DNA from: Balanoglossus misakiensis
Lineage: Eukaryota > Animalia > Hemichordata
Direction of reading: 5' to 3'
Length of the DNA: 64,000 nt
NCBI GenBank assembly: GCA_040954595.2
Contig: CM082594.2
Location: forward strand, 3,519,319 to 3,583,318
Made by a program: the position numbers and the translations under genes. This document shows, piece by piece, positions 42,101 to 54,100 of this stretch. The notes beneath the pieces are model-generated. The model was not told the origin of the DNA and searched no databases. It saw only the letters and a list, made by a program, of their open reading frames with translations. Within the stretch, counting starts at the first letter, position 1. Each line of letters starts with the position of its first letter.

Positions 42101-45100
42101 CCGGGACAAACTGAGGCCAACGTTACTTGGACGGAACCAAATGTAACTGATAACAACGGACAAACAGCTTTGTTTAACCAGACACACTCACCTGGGTCAC
42201 AGTTTCCAATTGGAATTACCAACGTGACATATACTTTTATATTTGAAGCAGGCATCATGGCTGAATGCAGATTTTACATTGCTGTCATAGGTAGGATTTA
42301 TTTCTAGCTACTCTTTCTTAATTTGTCCACCTATGTAACTTCCCATACTTATAAATTGATATTGACATTGCTTATATTTTGCATCTTATTATTGTGGTTT
42401 GATTGATTCACAATATTTCACCTGTGTGCTTTGCAAAAAGTCTAAAATTATTATGATTATCCATTTCTTGAAATAACAAAGACTGCTTCAATAACTAAAG
42501 GTGTAACAACTGTTGAAACAACAGCAGCTGACACAACATCTGAAGTTGCAACTACCACTTAATCTCACTTTCTTGTTTCCATTTCAAATTATTTTTCTGC
42601 ATACACTGAACCACGCGTGTTTCTAGACTGTCCAGGTAACATCTTCGTATATATCGACTCGGGTCAAACTCAGGTCTCCGTTACGTGGACGGAACCATTT
42701 GTACCTGATGACAGCGGACTATCACCTTCAGTTACCCGGACACACTCTCCTGGGTCACTGTTTCCCATTGGAATTACCTGCGTGAGATATACTTTCACAT
42801 TTGAAGCAGGCATTGTGGTTGAATGCATATTTTACATTATTGTCATAGGTAGGATTTATTACAATCTTCTGTTCTTTATTTGTCAAATTTTGTAACCTCC
42901 CATGATGATAATATAATACTGACATTGTTTATATGAGACATTAATGTTATGGTTTGATTGATTAACAATATTTCACCTGTGTGATTTGAATAAAGTCTAC
43001 ACCTATTATGATTATCCATTTAATCGAGATACAAATAACAAAGGCTGCTTTAATAACTAAAGGTGTAAGAACTGTTGAAACAACAGCAGCTGACACAACA
43101 TTTTGAGTTACAGCTATATATAGCACTTAATCTCGCTTTAATGTTTCTTTTTCAAATTATTATCTTGCATTCACTGAACCACCCGTGTTTCTAGACTGTC
43201 CAGAGGACATCATCATGTATATTGACCCGGGACAAACTGAGGCCAACGTTACTTGGACGGAACCAAATGTAACTGATACCAGCGGACAAACAGCTTTGGT
43301 TAACCAGACACACTCACCTGGGTCAAACTTTTCCATTGGAATTACCTGCGTGAGATACACTTTCATATTTGAAGCAGGCATCGTGGTTGAATGCAGATTT
43401 TGCATTACTGTCATAGGTAGGATGTATTACAAGCTACTCTTCTTTATTTGTCAGACTATGTAACCTGCGATGCTGATTTTATACTGACATTGTGTATATA
43501 AAGCATTCATTTTATGGTTTGATTGATTCATAATATTTCACCTGACCAATTTCACTTTGACCAATCCACTGTAAAAAGTCAAGGATTAATAATAATAATT
43601 TATTGCGTTTCAAGACCTCGGGTCCAAATGCATGGAGAACATCCCGTTCTCAAATAAAGTGAACCATCGCACAAATACAGATTGAGTGCTAATTTCAGAA
43701 TTACAGAGAAAGTTAAACAATGTAATACACTCTATGCAGGACAGGTGGCTGTTCTCACAGCCATAGCTTTATAGACATAGTGGCAAATGTTCAGTAGTAC
43801 CAGTGGATCTGTGGAGCTCATAAGCCTTTTGGATTTGTCGTAGTTTGGGTCAAGGAAAGCAAAAAAGTCAAGGAATGCCTTAAGGAGTGCAAGTGAAATT
43901 GTCAAACATCGGCAGTCGGAAATTGCTGGAAAAGAAAAACATTTTCAAGAAAAAGTGTTCCACAACACTGTACCCTTTATTTACCATCATTTCAATAATT
44001 TCAATGAGTGTCAACTAAAATATACTTCTGCATTTAGCTAAATGGTAGATAAACTTTTCTGTCGATTAACGGCCCTGGGCGGTTGATTAGCTCTATATGT
44101 ACACCATACAATGTAGCCATTTTCTGTATAACGGCCCTAGGCGAGTTCTCAGAAAAATCCGGTAAGTGGCATATTGTGTACATTGGGACGTCTATCTGAA
44201 ATTTAGTTTTTACTTCTGGTTATGGAACATATATGTAACAATGACAACAGAGAATCCCTGACTACCGTATAGTACCATCTACAATAATAACATAAAAAAC
44301 TACTTCTGTACCACCTACTACAGTGAAAACAACAGTTCAGCCAACTACATTACAAGCAAGTACACTAATAATATCAACAGAAGAACCAACTACTGTAGCA
44401 GATATAACAGAGAAAACAACAGAAGAACCAACTGCTGTACCACCTTCTACAGAGAAAACAACAGAAGAACCAACTACTGTACCACCATCTACAATAAAAA
44501 CAACAGAAAAACCAACTACATTACCACCAACTACAGTGCAAACAACAGAAAAACCAACTACGGTACCATCTACTACAGTGAAAACAACAGAAAAACCAAC
44601 TACATTACCACCAACTACAGTGAAAACAACAGAAGAACCAACTACTGTACCACCTACTACAGTAAAAACAACAAAACGGCAAACTACATTACCACCAATT
44701 ACAGTGCAAACAACAGAAGAACCAACTACGGTACCACCAACTACAGTGAAAACAACAGAAGAACCAACTACGGTACCACCAACTACAGTGAAAACAACAG
44801 AAGAATCAACTACGGTACCACCAACTACAATAAAAACAACAGAAGAACCAACTACTGTACCACCTACTACAGTAAAAACAACAAAACGGCAAACTACATT
44901 ACCACCAATTACAATAAAAACAACAGAAGAACCAACTACTGTACCACCTACTACAGTAAAAACAACAAAACGGCCAACTACATTACCACCAACTACAATA
45001 AAAACAACAGGAGAACCAACTACTGTACCACCTACTACAGTAAAAACAACAAAACGGCCAACTACATTACCACCAACTACAATAAAAACAACAGGAGAAC

Positions 45101-48100
45101 CAACTACTGTACCACCTACTACAGTAAAAACAACAAAACGGCCAACTACATTACCACCGACTACAATAAAAACAACCGTCAGGCCATCAACTCTACCACC
45201 AACAACCATGAAAACAACTAGAAAACCCACTACTGTTCTGCCTACTATAACAGTTTCAACCATGTCAACATTAACAACAACACCGGCAGCGGAAGATGAA
45301 TGTCCACCATTAGGCATTGGTAAGCATCTGATAACATATGCTTGAGTTTACAAATGTTATGTATTACAAACCAGTACTTTCTGAACTAGTACACAAAAAT
45401 GTATCCTGGAAACTAGTAACAGTTTTCCTTGGACTGAGACAGAGGGAAGGTAAATGAACTAACACGTTACCTCGAAAAGGATTAACTTTTTTCTATAACC
45501 AAAGAATTTCGTTAATCATAAAACTTTGTAAACACTTTCACTATTTGTTTCATCATGGCACTTCATATTGAAAAACGAGTGTTCAAGGGGACACCGCCGG
45601 TCACTTTCACATAATATTGGAATTTTAGTTGATTGCTTAATATGTTCTCATTGAACTAAATCCAGTGGCAGTTTCTGGCATCTCAACTAACTTCCTGTTT
45701 ATCGACGTAACACATGAAAGATACTATCAGTTAATTTTGGTCCATAAAAAAACATTGTCGACACCGAAATAGTGGTATTTTCTATCATGCCCATATAGGA
45801 TGTAAAATTTGTGTCATAAGGTGAATGAGTATATATCAGTGATCATAACATAATTTATAGCAGATTAATATCACTGTTAGATACAGGGCTACTGAGTAAA
45901 TCTGGCCGAGGAAAATGAATTATAGGATTGTCCGTTACATGCTAACCTCGATTATCCTGATAAAGGAGAATCGCATCGATGTATATTTGTTGTGTTACTT
46001 TAATAGATGCATGTGACAGCGATCCATGTGAAAATGGTGGTACCTGTCAAAACACAGCCTCAGGCATCTCTTACCGTTGCATCTGTCCTAAAGGCTGGGT
46101 TGGAAGAAACTGTCAACTTGGTAAGCTACGTGGCACATGTTGAGTTTTCTAACTCCCCTCCATGACAGTATTATAAAGGAGCAGTAATATAATATGTCCT
46201 TATAACAGGACAACCAACATATCCACAGAAAGAAATAAGGCAGAAACAGTTTACAATCGACAAACACATATTGCGATATCTATCTTAGACAAATTATGAT
46301 CACATTTTGTAAACATTATCAGATAGTAGCAAAATATTGATTTTTATGTTGTATTCTGATATATCAACTTACGTTATTTACTCGTTGTGCAAGCGAGCGT
46401 AAATGTCCTGTTTTTGATTTTCAGTTTACGCATAATGTCATGACTGGGTTAGTGTTCTGGAATATGACTGATGCCTGCTGTGAATTTGTCAGTCAGAAAT
46501 AACCTCCTCTTTGGCATGTATCGCCATATTTATTTTAGTGAAAAATTGGTGTTCAGATGATCCTCAAGTTTGTCGAAATGGAGGTACTTGTAGAAGTGAT
46601 AGAGATGATTTCAGATGTGACTGTTTGCCTGGATACAGTGGGACTACCTGTAGAGATTGTAAGTAGAACGTTAGTTTTGCACCGAGTACATTTCAAAATG
46701 AATTATGCGACAAGCTTTCAGGATGAAACTAGCAGTGAGTTTTTGCTTACACACCAGCTCTAAGACATCATCATTTCCGATCACTGAAATATTCTACCAT
46801 AGTATGTAAAACGTGCGAAGTTGTATCTCTACTAACCATGGTCTTGTGTCCTATACAGATAAACCAGAGTGTAGTCTAAGGTGTCTTTTCGGATCCTGTG
46901 AAATCAAGGATGGCAAAACACCGACCTGTCATTGTTATAGCGGTTTTCAGAAATTAATCGTGAACAACATTGCTCTCGACATTTGTTTAGGTAAGTTGGT
47001 ATTTATCAATGTGTACATTGTTTTGTCCGTGTGGATCTATTCAACGCCTGTGTACAGCCCTTTTCAAGTGAAAATACTAACGGGTGGTCAAGCTCTAATG
47101 TTCAAGTCAAATAATCGGTTTGCCACAAAATCCCATCTTTAGGCTTGCATTTTGCATTATATGGTTCTACTGATATCTCAAATACCGTTTTTCACAGTAT
47201 GGCCATAATGCACCTTGTAACTTTTGCATAAACAGCAAAACATACAGACTTGATGGTGCAGGCGTCGTATTGGTTACATAGTAAATTTTAGCTTACCATT
47301 TTCGTTTGATAAATCTAAAAATGTCGCCTTCACAGTAAAATATGTTGTAGGCCATTTTTGTGAAAACCAAAAACACCACCACTATCACCACCAAGTCAAT
47401 ACTTATCTCCTCAATATTAAACGAAGTCTTTGTATCCTTTTCAGCCATGAATGAATGTGCTACAGGCCTGAATAACTGTTCACAAAAATGTGTCAGTCTA
47501 CCTGGGTTCCACCTTTGCTTCTGTGATGCTGGCTATGAGTTAGAGGAGGACGGCATAACCTGTACTGGTAAGTATTTCCGATTCCAGAGCTTTCTCAGGG
47601 CAAAACAAGACTCATTCAGTTTTACAATTATAGATGTGACTTATGATAAAGAGCATTCACGTGATTCTTTAAACGGATTATAGTATTAAATTCTTATTGT
47701 TACTTTTTCCATGTGGTAGTGTTCAACTTTTGCAAATCATTCCCACACGTTAAATAAGCCCATGTTGAGTGGTGGGTACGATTTGTCAGGTCGCCGGAAA
47801 AATATATCTTTCCTAAACATTCCTGACCTTTGACCTTACATATGATTAAACACTACGCCGTATGGGACATTTTTGCATAAACAGAGGTATATCTCTGAAT
47901 GTTTATTTCAAAACAGAGATTGATGAGTGTGAATCAAATCCATGTGTACACGGAGTGTGTAAAGATCTGCTGAATTCATACGAATGTGACTGTTGCCCAG
48001 GGTATACTGGTGACACGTGTGATACAGGTAAGTTATATGGCTAAACCTTAAATATTGTCATTGTTCAAAATGCAAGTCGCAGCATGAATTTTTGCCACGT

Positions 48101-51100
48101 CATGTACACATATATAGAAACTCACATGTTACGAATAACCATCAGATGTGAACCTTGCTAATAATATTCCTTAACACCTGCTAATTATTTTTAAGTTTTG
48201 AGTCTGCGGGAAATTAAACTGATGTTTGCCGCCAGACAGTCAGGTACAATGAACCATGTGCATGAATTTGGTTAGATATAAGTCGACTGCCCCAAATCTA
48301 CCTTAACAAACTCTTGTACGTGTATTATTTAATTTCTTGGTTGCAGACATTAACGAGTGCGAGTCCGACCCTTGTGTATATGGTAACTGCACTGATCTTG
48401 TCAATGCCTACGAGTGTGACTGCTTGGCCGGATTCGAAGGAACTAACTGCGATAAAGGTAATAGTCAATAGTTTGTAGTTCTGAGTTCTATATCATCGCT
48501 CCTAAACAACAGTACAGCGTAATAAGCGACATAATCCTGGTGAGGAATCATGTGACACTGTAAATCTCAAAAAGACACTAGCCGAGAACAGACAATTTTC
48601 AAAAAATTCGGCCAATATGAAACATAATCAATTTCAATTGTGGACACGGTATTGATCGTCTGATGCCATTTTAGAGATTCCAACATCTTTGTTTGACATT
48701 TCTGCTGTCAGATATTCATGCAAGCGTTTATGTTACATGCTGTTACATACAAAATGTAAGTGTGATAGCGTTGGTGTATGGGTTCTCTTATACATGTGCA
48801 GGGTATAATATGTTGTCACCTTGTGCATACAACTGCTGTTATCGTTCAGCACGCACGAGCTGTGTTTCCCAGAATCGAATAACCGTTTTGACGAAAATAC
48901 AAACACGTGTTGGGAAAGGAGGAGGCCAATGTAATTTTGTTAAACCAAAAGGATGGGTCACAGTTTAGGTAGTGAATAATTTGCCTGCTTCCATTACTTA
49001 CCAGTATATCAGATTGTATCGATTTACATGACTTATATACAGGTTTTAATATAATAACCCCAATGGAGATTATGTATTAATATGTAGACATTGATGAATG
49101 CAAGAACCAACCGTGCAAGAACGGCGCCACATGCATGAATCTCAGAGCAAGGTATCTGTGTAGGTGTGCCCCTGGGTGGATAGGCTTCAACTGTACTGAA
49201 GGTAAATATTGATGCCAAGGAGAGACCATGATTGATGGTTTTGCCGTGTGGCAAGTCTTTTAAGACCTCGATAGATATGTTTTGGCATAGCTGCTTATAA
49301 GGGTGCATGTGTATGTATGTCTCCCATTGATGATGCGACATTCGCTTGCTTTCACTCTGAAATATTCTTTGTAGATATCGACGAATGTCTGACTGGTGAA
49401 AATAACTGTGACAGTATTTGTGTCAACGTAAATCGAACACAAGATAACCGAGGCTACAACTGTCTTTGTCACCCTGGTTACGAACTTGACAGCGACCAAG
49501 GAACTTGTATCGGTAAGTCTCATGCAAATAGCCGCCTGCTAACAACATCACTGTTCTCTATCTGACGAAGTAGATTGAAGCAATTAACCAATTCATTCCA
49601 AGAAAGTCGTATTCCCTTATAGTATATCTGTCAAAATCTCATTTTAAGCAACGAATCAAATTTAACCTGGGGCTTTCTTTGCACATTGTCAATCGATGCT
49701 TCCCGCTTAAGTTCACTTTCTTATAATTGAACTCTCATCGTGGTCCGATATGCCTTATAAAAGCAATACGAAACACTTACGGATGATATTCAAGACCCAG
49801 TACAACAACACGAAGCTAAAAGTTTGGGACGTGTACAATTCAATACACTATACACGTTATCAGACTATGTGAATATAGCAAACTAATTCAGAAAAGGCAA
49901 TGTATACCTGTGGTCTCTTTGAACAAGGCTGTCACGACCACAACCAGTTTCAATCCTGATTTGACCTTACTGTGGTTGGGGTATTTCAGAGTTCCAGAGT
50001 TAATCATGAAACAAAACGTAAGAAGACTCTGACTGTATTAATATAAAACCTCGTCAAATGTGTTTCCACCTCGTATGTATATTTTGATCATGTGTTATTC
50101 TATTGCACTCAGTATCAACGATGTTGCCATTTGTGCATCTTAACATTCGGTAGCAGAGTTGGTTGATTGCAATTTAACAATATTCCATCAAAACAGTAAA
50201 GTAAACGTGTGGGGCGACATTCTTCTTTTCATTCTGAAATCTGTGTACTTTATAGATATAAATGAATGTGAGACTGATGAAAATGACTGTGGCAGTAGTT
50301 GTGTTAACGTAAATCGAACACAAGATGACCGAGGGTACTACTGTCGTTGTCACCCTGGCTACGAACTTGACAGCGACCAAGAAACGTGTATCGGTAAGCC
50401 TCATGCAAATAGACTCCTGCTAACCCAACATCACCGTTCTCTATCTAATTGCAGATTGTCAATTGATGCTTCCCGCCTAAATTCACTTTCTTAAAAATTA
50501 ATTGTCATCATTATTAGAAGTAAATTTTGAACTCAAAGAAGTCAGGGGTAAATGCTTTAAGCATGCAAAAATATAATTAGTTAGTGACCAGTTGTCTCTC
50601 TGAACAAAGCCACCACTTTTTGAGCTTCCTGTGTTTGGGGTATTTCGAAGTTTCAGAGTTAGAGCATGGTATTAGATTGAGCATCATACACTTGTACAGT
50701 AGCCAGCCAAAGTTAATTGTGTGCCATTTGTCAGGATTGCCTGGACTGATTCAGTCCACTGCAGTCTCTGTTTATTTCAATTAGTCATACTCTCAATAAA
50801 GCATTTACATGTTGCTTTATATTTCTGAAGGAAATTCTGTGTATTATGAACAAACTTATGATTCCAAACGAGAGTAAAACACTTCATTCAACTTGCATTT
50901 TTTTGTTTTCCTTTATACACTGTATTTAGACACCGACGAGTGTGTTTATAATTTACATAACTGTCACGAGTATGCAAATTGCACTAATCAAGACGGAAGT
51001 TACTACTGTACTTGTCGTGAAGGCTATAGAGGCGACGGAGTCGACTGTAAAGGTATGTTAGAATAATTAAACTTGCTGACTGTCATCTCGCGATTATCTT

Positions 51101-54100
51101 TTTTATTTACAGTGCATGAAATTATATGCTATGTTTGGGTTTTACCTGGTGTTTTAGTGGATTGTTAAAGTAACTCATGCTTCCATATGTTCCAATTGAA
51201 ACAACATTCTTGACTTTCACCGTTGCAGAGGTGATAATGTTTCCTTTCGGAGACGAAGAAGGGGACCAAAGACTGCGAGAGAGATATGACAGGGACGCAT
51301 CTCCGCGCCCTTCATTTGACCTTGTCAGTGAAACTATTACATACCTAACAGGTTTCCCATTCTGGAGAAACTTCTACAGCAACATTTATGTAAGTAACAC
51401 ACATGTATTTTTGGTTCAATTCATCAAGCCTACACTACCAGGGTACCAACAGACATACAATCATAGACATACAATATCAACCACCCACTTACTGAACAAC
51501 TTAATTCCCACTCACTTATACATGCTCGCTCGCTCGTTCTCTCCTCCACCAAACCAAAGAGGCGATTATTCACTTATTTTATAATCAATCAATAGATTCA
51601 CGAGACCGATGAATGCAACAAACATGTATATGTGTAATTTCAATGACTGTTTCTAATGTGAAGAAAATGTATATGCGTTGATGTTTTTGTAGGTTTGCAC
51701 ATTGTGAAATACAGATGCCAGCTCTTAATCAGCAAAAGGGTACTCCTTCCATCACACTACGTACCAGTAGTTGCCCCCCCCCCCCCCCAGCTGCCATTAA
51801 ACGATTATGTGACTTGCAACTGCATCCTCATTATTTAATATACGGTTAATTTAAAAACTCATCATGTTTCTTTGGTGTATTCCTTTTTAAAAGTTTACCG
51901 ACAATGGCTTGATTGTATTCAAGAACACATACGATGAGAAGTACGCTTTCCCCAACCCCTTCAAGAATGGATTCAACACTCTCAACGATTCCCTCTCTAT
52001 GCCTATGATGGCTGTATTTTGGGACGATGTTGATGTGTCCGATCCGACTGTTGGCGAAGTCTTCTATCACGTAAGTAAAGAAAATTTAAAGTAAACATAA
52101 AAAAACAGGCACTCTGGTATATTTGGTGACTTGTGTCATAGAAGAAATTATCTGTGTGTGGAGAAGAGTACGCAAATAATCTGAAAATTTCAGGTACAGA
52201 GCTGCAGAGGAAACATAAAATAGGCCTAGGATCAAATTAGGTGGCTCCACTGTGTTAGTGATGGTCAGCTACTCGAGGCATGGTCCAAATGAATGTTGAC
52301 AGCTGAATTTTTTTATCGAGAGTCATGGAAGAATGTGCAATTTCAAACATTGTGAAGCAGTAACTATATACAATAAATATATACCTCCTCTCCTTGTGAC
52401 AGGTGTACGATCGCAGTCCCGGAAAAAATGCAACTGCTAAAGACCACGAAATGTTGGACCGAGTTAGTCAATACGTCAGAGACAACCGAGACGCCTACCC
52501 ACGTCCTCATAGATACTACTGGCACTGGTACTGGTACTACTATGATCCCAGATTTTACAACTTCAGGGCCGAGTGGATGCTGTTGATAACGTGGTATCAA
52601 GTACCGGCTGTACCCGTGGCCTATACAAAGTCAAATGTATGTATTGTCCGGAACATTGCGCAAAAATTAAGCTTAGTATTGTGGCTATAGTCCATTCTAA
52701 CCTGATCAGGAGTTTGGAATATAAAGCCAACATAATTATTCTTATTTAGGATATGCGTTGTAGAACTCCATTGTTAGTTAGACCCAATACGATTTAATAA
52801 CCATTACATTCTTCACCGAGGAAAACCTTCGGTTAACAGAATGACTATCCTTATGTTTGATTGTTTTGTTGTTCCTTAGACAAATACCTTCCAGGCAGCA
52901 TTAGTAACAGATGGCATCTACGGATTCGTGGTCGTGAACTACATGGAAGACGAAATGAAATGGAACTATAGAGTGCGCGAGAACAACGACGTCATCATCG
53001 GTTACCATGGAATCTACAGCTACTATTGGAGCTCCTATAAATATCACTACATCCGTAACGTACAGAAATCAGAGCTGGCATCGCTCGGTCAGAAATACCG
53101 ACCTGATCAGTACAACGGGAACACAAATAAGAAGGGGAGGTGGATATTCCGTGTAGAAAACCACTACAGATACACCGTGAATCCAAAAAAGCACTGTCTG
53201 GATTGGTACTATCAACAACCAGACCCTGATACTTGGAGCTGGGGATTGGGAACTTGTCCGTGTGGATTTGGACAGGGACGGCAGGATAACTCCTTCGCTG
53301 GCGGCAACGATGGTGATGAAGGGATTGCTAGAAATTTCAGAGATCAAGATATTGATCCAAATTTACTTGCACGGATCAATAGACGACAAGGCAAGAGTCT
53401 CTACGATTTCCTAATCATATACGAACGTTTTTGGCTTTTGTAGGCAACAGTATTGTAACAGAAATCCCACTTTGGCATTTATCTTTCTTGCTGTCATAGC
53501 AATGCAATGGACACACTTGGGAATAGGAAACCGCATTAATTGAAAACTTCCCGTACCAATGGATTAATTGCAATCAACTGGTGTACAGTCACTTTCTGGT
53601 CAGGGGATTTGCCAGCTTTTGTGTAATAATTATTATCACCACCAACGCAACATGTCCTACAATCAGAAACAAAAATTGCTTTTCACTTCGCGAGAAGACA
53701 CTGTTGAAGTCAGTCAGCAGAATTCTCAACATGCAACTGTTTTCCATTTCCTTACTTCAGGGAGCAGTTTTACAATTCAGACGAGTTTTCCAAACCCTTA
53801 CGGAGCAGGTCAGAGATGTCGATACCGGCCTGATCACACCCTTGTCGAAGGATACGGCAGATATGCGTGGGATAGTAGTTTTACGGAACGTTGGCAATTT
53901 TCAGGACGCTTTTGGTGGTGGAGCTGGTTTCATTGGGAGCTCTACAGGCTTTGGCTATGTAAGTATGGTTAACAGTCGTTGTAGGCGATGGGGAACATGT
54001 AAACTGTTTTCATTTGGAACAGGTCAGTGATGGAATAAGTGCATGGGCACGTGACCTTACCATCATACCTTTGGACACGCTTGTAATTTCAAAATCGGGT

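Noticed and set aside
44337-45317. Long Val/Gly-rich minus-strand ORF (also 16932-17435, 35409-35873, 38722-39231)
   Set aside because: Antisense shadow of ACA/CCA-rich mucin repeats, which rarely produce stops on the opposite strand.
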